Assembly (NCBI GenBank): GCA_035712865.1
Contig: DASTAI010000046.1
Location: forward strand, 1 to 32,809
Length of the DNA: 32,809 bases
Direction of reading: 5' to 3'
Source of the DNA: Solirubrobacterales bacterium
Lineage (GTDB): Bacteria > Actinomycetota > Thermoleophilia > Solirubrobacterales > 70-9
Shown here: positions 24,556-32,502 of the stretch, one piece after another
How positions within the stretch are numbered: the first letter of the stretch is position 1
Layout of the letters: every line of letters begins with the position of its first letter
Notes under the pieces: model-generated
Database searches by the model: none
Seen by the model: only the letters and a program-made list of their open reading frames with translations
Told to the model about the DNA's origin: nothing
Translations under genes and position numbers: made by a program

Positions 24556-24574
24556 GAGCGGCCGACGGCCGCTC
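24556..24574. other. Intercistronic GC hairpin between the 295-aa and 1091-aa secreted-protein genes
   Basis: GAGCGGCC-GAC-GGCCGCTC forms an 8-bp stem that overlaps the upstream stop (24573-24575). It lies 16 nt before the downstream ATG (24540). Confidence 0.35.
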
Positions 24575-25460
24575 AGGGACCCTGGACGGATGGCACGGTC
24601 AGGCGCCGCTGGAGCAGCCTGACCGCGAAGGTCTGGCTGGCCGGCTCCCCACCCGCGGGCGAGAAGGTCACGGTCGGGGTCATGCCCACCTTCCCCCGCC
24701 GCTCGAGCTTCTGCTTCCGCTTCCCGACCGCGGCGACGTTGAACTGGGCCATTCCGGCGACCGCGATGTTCTTGGCGGGGCGTTTCTTCAGCCCACTGCC
24801 CGAGATCGTCAGGATGCCCGGGTTCGAAACGCTCATCAGCACGGTGGCCGTGCCGTGCTTGCGGTCGCGGGTGATGGCGTTGATGGTGAGGTCGTTCGAG
24901 GGAACCAGCACTGCCGAGAGATTGAGCCGGACGTCGTTCTGCGGGCCGAACTGGCCTGACGATCCGTCCGAGAGGCCGCCCGACCGGGTGAGGACCCCGT
25001 CGCCGAGCCGGGAGAAGGTGCAGGAGTTGAGGCCGCCGCTCTCGTTCAGGCCGATCATGTCCCCGGAGCGGACCGCGATGTCGACGGGCACGGTGTTCAC
25101 GCCCGCCGTCAACTCGTGCGCGGGCGCATGCGCGATCACCTGGAAGATGTCCGGGTCGCTCGTCCTGCGGAAGACCTTGAAGACGTAGCTCGCCCCCGCA
25201 CCGGACGAACGCGTCGACCAGGAGGTGATCGTGCCGGCCTGCCTGGCGATGTAGAGGTTGCCGCCGGTCACGCTGGGCTGCAGATAGTCGGCTGTGGAGG
25301 TGCACTGGGCCGTGGGCGCGGTCGGGGCGAGCTGCCCGATCGTCACCGCGGCCCGGGCGGGGGAAGCGACGGAGAGAGCGACGATCGCCGCAAGCGTGAC
25401 CGCGGCGGCGTTCTGCCACCGGGCAAGGCAGCGGTTGGCTCTGCTCACGCCCCAGTCCAT
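24573..25460 (-). CDS. Secreted protein of unknown function (signal peptide, beta-rich domain, Ig-like C-terminus)
   Basis: I chose ATG 25460 with GGAGG 4 nt upstream. The N-terminus MDWGVSRANRCLARWQNAAAVTLAAIVALSVASPARA/AV is a Sec signal with an AxA site. The track's 89 extra N-terminal codons overlap the upstream dioxygenase gene. Confidence 0.7.
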   Translation of the reverse strand: MDWGVSRANRCLARWQNAAAVTLAAIVALSVASPARAAVTIGQLAPTAPTAQCTSTADYLQPSVTGGNLYIARQAGTITSWSTRSSGAGASYVFKVFRRTSDPDIFQVIAHAPAHELTAGVNTVPVDIAVRSGDMIGLNESGGLNSCTFSRLGDGVLTRSGGLSDGSSGQFGPQNDVRLNLSAVLVPSNDLTINAITRDRKHGTATVLMSVSNPGILTISGSGLKKRPAKNIAVAGMAQFNVAAVGKRKQKLERRGKVGMTPTVTFSPAGGEPASQTFAVRLLQRRLTVPSVQGP

Positions 25461-25522
25461 CGGGCCTCCACGCGGATCGGACCCTCCCCGGTCCCGGGGC
25501 AGGTTAGTGAGTCCAATCGACC

Positions 25523-26410
25523 CTAGGCGAGCGCGGGGCCGTGGATCCTGGGGTCCACCTTCGGCGAGATCCGGCGCAGGAGCGGGACCCGCTCGGCCTT
25601 CGCCTCTGCCGGGGCCGTGATCTCGAAGAGGACGCCGGACGGCTCGCGAAAGTAGATCGAGTGCCACGCTCCGCGGTCGATCACCGGCGTCGCCACGCAA
25701 CCCATTCCGATCACCCGCTGTCGCCATGCCGGTAGAAACCCGCCCGTGCCCCAGGCGATGTGGTGGATCGTCCCGGCCCCGAGGCGACCCCTCTCCGGGG
25801 GAGGGCGATCGAATGAGAAGTCCGAGCCCCGGTCGGCGGCGCCGACCGCGTAGCTCTCCGGGCCGGTGACCCGGAAGGCGAGCCTGCCGGCGAGGATGTC
25901 GGCGCTTGGCACGCTCTCGCGGCCGTAGGCCCGAATTCCCGCGAGCCGCACGATGGCGTGCTCCCGCCGGACCGCGCTCGTGCTGGGTGTGAGGTCGGCG
26001 GTCTGATCGTTGTACACCGTCGTCAGCTCGTGCTCGAGTCCCTCCGGATCCGCGAAGCGGAGGCTGCCGGCCGACTCTCCCTCGAGTCGACGGACCTCGA
26101 TGCCGGCGTCCGAGAGGCGCTCGGCCCAGTAGGTGAGCGCCGCAGGCTGCCGTACGGTCCAGCTGAGCCGGTGAGCCATTCCGTTGCCCGCGATGCCCCG
26201 GCGGATCCCGGGCGCCTCAACGAAGGCGAGCACGCCCTCCTGCCGGTTCTCGCACTGGCCGAGACCGAGGCGAATCAGATGAGATTCGGGTGCCTCGAAG
26301 TCGGGTTCCCGGCCTAGAAAGGTGAGCCCGAGGATTCCCGCGTAGAAATCCAGGCAGCGCTGCCCGTCGGACGTGATTGCGGTGATGTGGTCTATACCGT
26401 CGAGTCGCAT
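25523..26410 (-). CDS. VOC/glyoxalase-family ring-cleaving dioxygenase (MhqO/MhqA-like, two-domain)
   Basis: I chose ATG 26410. MRLDGIDHITAITSDGQRCLDFYAGILGL..., ...LRFADPEGLEHEL... and ...GTIHHIAWGT...VIDRGAWHSIYFREPSGVLFEI... match the pattern of two-domain glyoxalase-type hydroquinone dioxygenases. Confidence 0.8.
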   Translation of the reverse strand: MRLDGIDHITAITSDGQRCLDFYAGILGLTFLGREPDFEAPESHLIRLGLGQCENRQEGVLAFVEAPGIRRGIAGNGMAHRLSWTVRQPAALTYWAERLSDAGIEVRRLEGESAGSLRFADPEGLEHELTTVYNDQTADLTPSTSAVRREHAIVRLAGIRAYGRESVPSADILAGRLAFRVTGPESYAVGAADRGSDFSFDRPPPERGRLGAGTIHHIAWGTGGFLPAWRQRVIGMGCVATPVIDRGAWHSIYFREPSGVLFEITAPAEAKAERVPLLRRISPKVDPRIHGPALA

Positions 26411-26453
26411 CGTGTGAAGCGTAGTTGAGTTTCTGGACCAGTAAGGTACACAA

Positions 26454-27767
26454 ATGGCGGAATCCAGTCCTCCCAACATCCTCTACATCCACTCGCACGA
26501 CACCGGGCGGTACGTGCAGCCGTACGGCTACCAGGTGCCCACTCCCAACATCCAGCTGCTGGCGGACCAGGGAGCCCTCTTTCGCAAGGCGTTCTGCGCG
26601 GCCCCGACGTGCTCCGGCAGCCGGGCCTCGCTCCTGACGGGCCAGTACTGCCACAACAACGGCATGCTCGGCCTCGCCCACCGCGGCTGGTCGCTGAACG
26701 ACTATGGCGAGCACCTCATCCACCCTCTGAGCCGGGTCGGGTACCGCACCGTTCTGATCGGGGAGCAGCACATCTCCGAGGACCCGGCGGTGATCGGCTA
26801 CGACGAGGTGATCGAAGTCGACAGCCACCACGCCCAGGACGTGGCCCCGATCACGGTCGAGGCGCTGCAGACGGCCTCCGAGCCCTTTTTCTTCTCCGTC
26901 GGCTTCTTCGAGACGCACCGCCAGTTCCGGGCGCCGACCTCGGTGCGCGACTCGCTCTATTCGCTGCCGCCGGCGAACCTCCCGGACACCCCCGCCACCC
27001 GCAGGGACATGGCGGCGTTCAAGGCGAGCGCGCGCTCACTCGACCAGGGAATCGGCGCGGTCCTCAACGCCCTCCACGACTACGGGCTGACGGAGCGCAC
27101 CCTGATCGTCTGCACCACGGACCACGGGCTTGCCTTTCCCGGCGCAAAGGCGACGCTGTACGACCGGGGCACGGGGGTGATGCTGCTGATGCGCGGTCCA
27201 GGGGGCTTCACCGGCGGCAAGGTCTATGACGCGATGGTGAGCCACCTCGACATCTACCCGACCCTCTGCGAGATCGCCGGGGCAGAGAAGCCGGGATTTC
27301 TGCAGGGGACCTCCCTGCTGCCGCTGGTCCACGACGAGGTCGCGCGGATCCACGACGAGGTCTTCACCGAAGTCACCTTCCATGCGGCCTACGAGCCGAC
27401 GCGCGCCGTCCGTACAGAGCGCTGGAAGTACATGCGCCGCTTCGACGACAACCAGCATCCCGTCCTGGCCAACTGCGACGACAGCGCCAGCAAGGAGACG
27501 CTGGTGGCAGCCGGGTGGGCGGATCAGATCGTGGCCACCGAGCAGCTCTACGACCTGACGCTGGATCCCAACGAGATGCGCAACCTGGCCGAGGACCCTT
27601 CGCACGCCGCGGTACTCGAGGAGCTGCGGGGACGCCTTCGCTCCTGGATGGAGGACACCGACGACCCGCTTCTCGAGGGGCCGGTTCCGGTGCCGCCCGG
27701 AGCCGTGATCAACGACCCCTCACAGGTCTCGCCCAACGACCCGCTTCACTCCGGCAGCACTCTCTAG
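26454..27767 (+). CDS. Sulfatase-family protein (alkaline-phosphatase superfamily)
   Basis: 437 aa. N-terminus PNILYIHSHDTGRY...TPNIQLLADQGALFRKAFCAAPTCSGSRASLLTGQY, i.e. the sulfatase signature region. Later TTDHGLAFPGAKATLYDRG is the typical DHG/K metal and substrate region. Confidence 0.85.
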   Translation: MAESSPPNILYIHSHDTGRYVQPYGYQVPTPNIQLLADQGALFRKAFCAAPTCSGSRASLLTGQYCHNNGMLGLAHRGWSLNDYGEHLIHPLSRVGYRTVLIGEQHISEDPAVIGYDEVIEVDSHHAQDVAPITVEALQTASEPFFFSVGFFETHRQFRAPTSVRDSLYSLPPANLPDTPATRRDMAAFKASARSLDQGIGAVLNALHDYGLTERTLIVCTTDHGLAFPGAKATLYDRGTGVMLLMRGPGGFTGGKVYDAMVSHLDIYPTLCEIAGAEKPGFLQGTSLLPLVHDEVARIHDEVFTEVTFHAAYEPTRAVRTERWKYMRRFDDNQHPVLANCDDSASKETLVAAGWADQIVATEQLYDLTLDPNEMRNLAEDPSHAAVLEELRGRLRSWMEDTDDPLLEGPVPVPPGAVINDPSQVSPNDPLHSGSTL

Positions 27768-27809
27768 CTGGGCGGCTCGGACCGGCTGGAGTACTCTGGT
27801 CTGCGTCTC

Positions 27810-28061
27810 ATGGGAGTGATCCGTCGCCTGCGGTTGTCGTTCTGGCTCATCGCGCTCGGCGGCATCGTGCTCTACATCTTCTTCGTCGTGGTGGCGACGG
27901 TGTCGCCTGGGCAGACGGCGGCGCTGGCGGGTGTCGTCTGCGCGCTCGCCGCGCTCTTCACGGTCAGGAACGTACGGCTGGCGGCGCAGCTTGCCGATCG
28001 CGGCGGCGATCCCCAGCTTCGTCGCTCCGTGAACCGGATTCGCGAGCGGCGCGGGTTCTAG
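27810..28061 (+). CDS. Small two-TM membrane protein, unknown function
   Basis: 83 aa with high GC3. Two hydrophobic helices (LSFWLIALGGIVLYIFFVVVATV and AALAGVVCALAALFTV) and a basic tail. No clear SD. The 3' end overlaps the convergent gene by 98 nt. Confidence 0.5.
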   Translation: MGVIRRLRLSFWLIALGGIVLYIFFVVVATVSPGQTAALAGVVCALAALFTVRNVRLAAQLADRGGDPQLRRSVNRIRERRGF

Positions 28062-28674
28062 CGCGTTCGCGGGCGGCGATCGCGGCGCGGATGGCGAGGT
28101 CGTCTCCCCCATGGCCATTGCCGTTCCCATTCCCGTTCCCATTCCCGTTCGGGCGCCCGTCCGAGGGGGACGCCCCGACCGCGAGCAGGCGGTCGAGGAG
28201 GTCAAACGCCTCCGCGGTTCCGTCCTGCGCGAAGCAGGCGCGGGCCGCGTAGGCGCCCGCCCCCTCCTTCAGCCAGATCGACGGGAAGATCCCGACTGTC
28301 CAGGCGATGCGGGCCCGCATGCGCAGCCGGCTGGCCGTTCGCCGGATCCATCCACGAGAGAGATTCGCGCCTCCGTAGCTCAGACAGATGTCCCGACGGA
28401 TCCGGCTGGTCCGGCGCCGGCCGCCGGTGCCCACGACCCTCGAGGCGTACGGCTCGAGACGCTGACGATCGGCGTATCCCACCGCGTCGTTCCAGCTCCG
28501 CAGAAAGGAGCCGATCACGGGGCAGACGCAGTCGGGGCGATCGGAGAAGGGCTCGCCCCCGATCATCGACGCGAGCTCCACCACGCAGACACCGTCGTCG
28601 GCGGACCGGTGCCGTCCCGGTTCAAGGCGCACCGAAGATGCCGAGCTCACCCTCCTGTGTTTGCTCGCGCTCAT
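27964..28674 (-). CDS. Hypothetical protein with Cys-containing N-terminal motif and an internal (Asn-Gly)5 repeat
   Basis: 236 aa. GC3 is high over most of the ORF but lower in the last ~30 codons. It contains ...ELASMIGGEPFSDRPDCVCPVIGSFLRSWND.... I recognise no family. The start may be downstream of 28674. Confidence 0.5.
   Translation of the reverse strand: MSASKHRRVSSASSVRLEPGRHRSADDGVCVVELASMIGGEPFSDRPDCVCPVIGSFLRSWNDAVGYADRQRLEPYASRVVGTGGRRRTSRIRRDICLSYGGANLSRGWIRRTASRLRMRARIAWTVGIFPSIWLKEGAGAYAARACFAQDGTAEAFDLLDRLLAVGASPSDGRPNGNGNGNGNGNGHGGDDLAIRAAIAARERARTRAARESGSRSDEAGDRRRDRQAAPPAVRS
28115..28150. repeat. Tandem simple repeat (CCATTS CCGTTC)x3, 36 nt
   Basis: Read directly: ccattg ccgttc ccattc ccgttc ccattc ccgttc. 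On the minus strand it encodes NGNGNGNGNG(H)G inside the 27964-28674 ORF. Confidence 0.9.
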
Positions 28675-28707
28675 TCCGCTTGGAGCGCCAAGAATACTCC
28701 TGGTGGG

Positions 28708-29442
28708 TCAGCTGACCTCGGCAATCGCGGCCTGGACGTCGGCCAGGGAAGGTGACTCGATCAGCTGCTTCGTCCCATTCGGGCCTCCGACCACCACTGC
28801 GGGCTCGGCCGGGAGGCGGCGCTCGGCGGACAGCTTCTCGTCCGCGTCGAGGGTGTCCTGGATGTCGGAGTCCTTCATGTCCTGCTGCCACTGCTCGACG
28901 TTGAAGTTCACGACCCCCACCCCGCGAGCGATGGCGTCGAGGAAGTCCTGGTCGGCTCCGCGCTTCTTCGCCTCCTCCTGGTTGTAGAAGAAGAGCTGGA
29001 TGAACTGCCACTCGTAGTCCTGCTTGGCGGCCGCCACGGCACCGTAGGCCCCGAGGAAGAAGCCCGATTCGCTCATCGGGAAGTTGTGGTAGATGAGCTG
29101 GATGTCGCCGCTTCGAACCGGGCCCTGGATCAACGGCACGACCACGTCCCGGTTCCAATCGGAGCACGGGTCGCATGACAGGTCGTTGAACACCTGGACC
29201 GTCACCGGTGCGTCCGACGAGCCCAGGCGAGCGCCGTCCTGGGGTATCCCCCCGACCAGGCTCTGGATCTCCTCGGCGCCCGTGATCCTCACCTCGCCCT
29301 TCTCCCCGCCGCTCCCGACGGAGAGGCTGACGATCGCAAAGCCCAGTAGGCCGACGCAGAGCGCCAGCACGAGCAGCCCGATGAGCCGTGGGCGCCTGCG
29401 CGGTTGATCCTCGTTCACGGGGCTGGGCATGGTAGATGTCAT
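28708..29442 (-). CDS. DsbA-like thioredoxin-fold thiol:disulfide oxidoreductase, membrane-anchored
   Basis: I chose ATG 29442 with GGAG 9 nt upstream. TM segment LIGLLVLALCVGLLGFAIVSL, then ...APVTVQVFNDLSCDPCSDW..., a CxxC active site in the usual DsbA context. The track's 119 extra codons are antisense to nif3. Confidence 0.8.
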   Translation of the reverse strand: MTSTMPSPVNEDQPRRRPRLIGLLVLALCVGLLGFAIVSLSVGSGGEKGEVRITGAEEIQSLVGGIPQDGARLGSSDAPVTVQVFNDLSCDPCSDWNRDVVVPLIQGPVRSGDIQLIYHNFPMSESGFFLGAYGAVAAAKQDYEWQFIQLFFYNQEEAKKRGADQDFLDAIARGVGVVNFNVEQWQQDMKDSDIQDTLDADEKLSAERRLPAEPAVVVGGPNGTKQLIESPSLADVQAAIAEVS

Positions 29443-29487
29443 GCGAGGGTGCTCCGTAAGCGAAGCTGAGAAGCAACCCGTTTCACC

Positions 29488-30249
29488 ATGGCCGACCGCG
29501 ACGAGATCCTGAGTTACTGCGACGACCTGCTCGACAGCGGCTCGTTCGACGACTACGCCCCCAACGGCCTGCAGGTGCCTGGGCGCTCCGAGGTGACCAA
29601 GGTGGCGACCGGCGTCAGCGCCAACCTGGAGACACTGGAGCGGGCCATCGAGGGCGGCGCCGAGCTCGTCCTCACCCACCATGGCCTGCTCTGGGGCGAC
29701 GAGCTCTCTCCCCTGTCGGTGCCGATGGCCGCTCGCCTGCGGGCCCTCCTCTGCTCGGACGTGTCGCTCGCTGCCTACCACCTGCCCCTCGACGCACACC
29801 CCGAGATCGGCAACAACGCGCTGCTCCGCGACGCCCTGGACCTGGACGCGGACGAGCGCCCGTTCGGGAGGGCGAAGGGATCGGCCGTCGGGCTGATCGG
29901 GCGCGCGACCGAGCCGATCGCGCTCGACGAGCTGCGTCAGCGGCTCTCCGAGGCGGTCGGCCGGGAACCCCTGGTGTTCGACGCCGGCCCCGACCGGATC
30001 TCGACCGTCGGCATCGTCACGGGCTCAGGCGGCTTCGCGCTCGCAGAGGCGGGACCGCTCGGGCTCGATGCCCTCGTCACCGGAGAGCCCAGCGAGCCGG
30101 TGATGGGCGAGGCACGGGAGTACGGCGTCCATTTCCTCGCCGGGGGCCACTACGCCACCGAGACGTTCGGCATCCGCCGGCTCGGCGAGCTGGCCGCCGA
30201 GCGCTTCTCGATCGAGCAGGAGTTCATCGACGTCCCGAACCCGATTTAG
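29488..30249 (+). CDS. NIF3-family (YbgI/GTP cyclohydrolase 1 type 2-like) dinuclear-metal protein
   Basis: 253 aa. ...DDYAPNGLQVPG...VATGVSANLETLERAIEGGAELVLTHHGLLW...AYHLPLDAHPEIGNN...GHYATETFGIRRL... are conserved NIF3 metal-ligand motifs. Confidence 0.85.
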   Translation: MADRDEILSYCDDLLDSGSFDDYAPNGLQVPGRSEVTKVATGVSANLETLERAIEGGAELVLTHHGLLWGDELSPLSVPMAARLRALLCSDVSLAAYHLPLDAHPEIGNNALLRDALDLDADERPFGRAKGSAVGLIGRATEPIALDELRQRLSEAVGREPLVFDAGPDRISTVGIVTGSGGFALAEAGPLGLDALVTGEPSEPVMGEAREYGVHFLAGGHYATETFGIRRLGELAAERFSIEQEFIDVPNPI

Positions 30250-30282
30250 ACGGCAAAATCCCCGCTCGTTCCGGGAAAAGCA

Positions 30283-30311
30283 TTGACACGTCGCCGTGAC
30301 GCGGTATACAT
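30283..30311 (+). promoter_or_regulatory. Candidate sigma-70-type promoter upstream of the small HTH-like ORF
   Basis: TTGACA (30283-30288), a 16-nt spacer, then TATACA (30305-30310); or a 17-nt spacer then ATACAT. It sits in an AT-richer gap after nif3. Confidence 0.4.
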
Positions 30312-30372
30312 GGACCATCAACGGCCACCACAAAAACCGCGGCCGGATCGGGACGAGGAGAGGAGTGGCTAG

Positions 30373-30549
30373 ATGTCCGTTCACCTGACGCCCACGGAGC
30401 TCGCCGAGGAGATGCACATGAAGCGTCGCGATGTGCTCACCAAGTGCATCGAGATGAATGTGCCAGTCCTCAAGGGCCGGATCGACAAGACCCTCTTCGC
30501 GTCCTCGCTCCGGGCGTTCCAGACGCAGAGCAAGAGGGCCACCGCCTAG
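30373..30549 (+). CDS. Small (58-aa) helix-turn-helix-like protein, not present in the supplied ORF track
   Basis: ATG 30373 is preceded by GGAGAGGAG with a 7-nt spacer; the stop is TAG 30547-30549. Translation: MSVHLTPTELAEEMHMKRRDVLTKCIEMNVPVLKGRIDKTLFASSLRAFQTQSKRATA. Nearly every codon ends in G/C. The LTPxELAeeM....v...i....vP..kGRIdk.lF pattern resembles excisionase/MerR-like HTH_17 proteins. Confidence 0.6.
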   Translation: MSVHLTPTELAEEMHMKRRDVLTKCIEMNVPVLKGRIDKTLFASSLRAFQTQSKRATA

Positions 30550-30651
30550 CCGCCCCTTCGGCGTCGAGCCACTGGCTGCTCAGCCAGCCTCCTAATACAC
30601 TCCATCCAGGGCCGCGAGAGGCGGCGCTCCACTTCAAGGAAGACAGGAGAG

Positions 30652-32469
30652 ATGGAGACAGCGACAGTCGCCCCTGCCGGTAGCGCAGCGGAATCGAGCA
30701 CCAACAGCAAGACCGTGGCGGACCTCGCACCGCTGGCCGCCGAGCGCTACGCGGACCTCCCCGCCGCCACCTACAAGGACGCCTCGGGCCAGTGGGTCTC
30801 GAAGACCTATCGCGAGGTGGGCGACATCATCCGCCGGCTCGCGCTCGGATTGATCGAGCTCGGGATCGAGAAGGGCGACAAGGTCTCCATCCTCGCCAAC
30901 ACACGCCCCGAATGGACCTATTTCGACTTCGCCGCGCTCAGCGTCGGCGCCGTCGTCGTGCCGATCTACCAGACGAACTCGCCCAACGAGTGCCAGTACG
31001 TGCTCGAGAACTCCGATGCGAAGGCCGTCATCGTCGAGGACGACGAGCAGCTCGCGAAGATCGACCAGGTCCGTGATCGCGTCCCGAAGCTCGAGCACGT
31101 TGTCCGCATGGAGGGCTCGGGCGGCAACGCGATCTCGATGGACGAGCTGATCGAGGCGGGCAGCGGCCGCTCGGACTCCGAGTGGGAGCAGCGCATCCAG
31201 TCGGTCACCCCCGACGACATCTGCACCTTCATCTACACCTCGGGCACGACCGGCCCCCCGAAGGGCTGCGTGATCTCCCACGGGAACTACCGCTCGATGG
31301 TGACGATGGCGCTCGACGAGAGCGTCCTCGAGCGGAACACCACCACGTATCTCTTCCTGCCGCTCGCCCACTCCTTCGCGCTTCTCATCCAGCTGCTCAG
31401 CTTCGACCTCGGCGGCAACATCGCGTACTGGGAGCGGGATCCGCTGAAGATCGTTCCGAACCTGGTCGAGGTGAAGCCGGACTACTTCCCGTCGGTCCCG
31501 CGAATCTTCGAGAAGATCTACACGGCGGCCACCAGCGAGGTCGAGAAGTCCGGAGGTCTGAAGAAGCTCGTCTTCAACTGGGCGATCGGTGTCGGCAAGA
31601 GGGTCCGCGAGAAGGAGCGGGCCGGACAGCCCGTCGGCTGGTTCCTCCGGAAGCAGTACGAGGTCGCCGACAAGCAGGTCCTCTCGAAGATCCGTGGGCT
31701 GTTCGGCGGCAGGATCAAGAACTGCGTCACCGGGGCCGCTCCGATCAACCCCGAGATCCTGCGCTTCTTCGATGCCGCCGGCGTGCTCATCCTCGAGGGC
31801 TGGGGCATGACGGAGACGTCGACGGCCGCGACGGTCGCCAGACCGGACGCGTTCAAGTTCGGCAAGGTCGGCAAGGCCTTCAAGGGCTGCGAGATCAAGA
31901 TCGCCGACGACGGCGAGATCCTGGTCAAGGGCCCGAACGTCTTCCAGGGCTACTACAAGAACGAAGAGGCCACCCGCGAGACGCTGGAGGACGGCTGGCT
32001 GCACACCGGCGACATCGGTGAGCTGGATGCCGACGGCTACCTCTCGATCACCGGCCGCATCAAGGACATCATCATCACCGCGGGCGGCAAGAACATCACC
32101 CCGGCGAATCTCGAGGCGGAGATCAAGCAGAGCCCCTACGTCTCCCAGTGCGTCGTGATCGGCGACCGGCGCCCTTACCTGGTCGCGTTGATCACTCTCG
32201 ATCCCGAGGAGACGGCGAAGCTTGCCGAGGAGAGGGGCTGGCCGACCGATCCCGCGGAGCTGGCGCGTTACGAGGGCATGCGGCAAGTGCTGGAGGAGCA
32301 CCTCGACCAGGTCAACGAGAAGTTCGCGCGGGTGGAGCAGGTGAAGAAGTTCGAGATCCTGCCCCAGGACCTCTCCCAGGAGGGCGGGGAGCTGACGCCG
32401 ACGCTGAAGGTGAAGCGCAACGTCGTCTCCGAGAAGTACGAGAACGAGGTCGACGCGCTCTACGCCTAG
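30652..32469 (+). CDS. Long-chain fatty acid-CoA ligase (AMP-dependent synthetase, FadD15-like)
   Basis: 605 aa. Motifs present: FIYTSGTTGPPKGCVISHGN (AMP-binding P-loop), EGWGMTETS, WLHTGDIGELDADGYLSITGRIKDIIITAGGKNI, and the C-terminal ...KKFEILPQDLSQEGGELTPTLKVKRNVV... typical of long-chain ACSL-type enzymes. Confidence 0.9.
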   Translation: METATVAPAGSAAESSTNSKTVADLAPLAAERYADLPAATYKDASGQWVSKTYREVGDIIRRLALGLIELGIEKGDKVSILANTRPEWTYFDFAALSVGAVVVPIYQTNSPNECQYVLENSDAKAVIVEDDEQLAKIDQVRDRVPKLEHVVRMEGSGGNAISMDELIEAGSGRSDSEWEQRIQSVTPDDICTFIYTSGTTGPPKGCVISHGNYRSMVTMALDESVLERNTTTYLFLPLAHSFALLIQLLSFDLGGNIAYWERDPLKIVPNLVEVKPDYFPSVPRIFEKIYTAATSEVEKSGGLKKLVFNWAIGVGKRVREKERAGQPVGWFLRKQYEVADKQVLSKIRGLFGGRIKNCVTGAAPINPEILRFFDAAGVLILEGWGMTETSTAATVARPDAFKFGKVGKAFKGCEIKIADDGEILVKGPNVFQGYYKNEEATRETLEDGWLHTGDIGELDADGYLSITGRIKDIIITAGGKNITPANLEAEIKQSPYVSQCVVIGDRRPYLVALITLDPEETAKLAEERGWPTDPAELARYEGMRQVLEEHLDQVNEKFARVEQVKKFEILPQDLSQEGGELTPTLKVKRNVVSEKYENEVDALYA

Positions 32470-32502
32470 CCGGCCCCGAACGCGAAGCGGAGGAGCCGGC
32501 GC

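Noticed and set aside
21179-25460. tRNA-Pro as the attachment site of a genomic island carrying the secreted-protein genes
   Set aside because: I saw no integrase, no direct repeat of the tRNA 3' end downstream, no mobility genes and no obvious compositional shift. This cannot be fully excluded without a repeat search and comparative genomics.
28115-28150. Short tandem repeat as a CRISPR-like or intergenic repeat element
   Set aside because: The units are only 6-12 nt with no spacers, and the tract lies inside a coding-biased ORF. It is a simple in-frame coding repeat.
28706-28717. Perfect 12-nt palindrome GGTCAGCTGACC at the DsbA-like stop codon
   Set aside because: It is too short, has no loop to act as a terminator, and contains a PvuII-type CAGCTG core. 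It probably arose by chance in GC-rich sequence.
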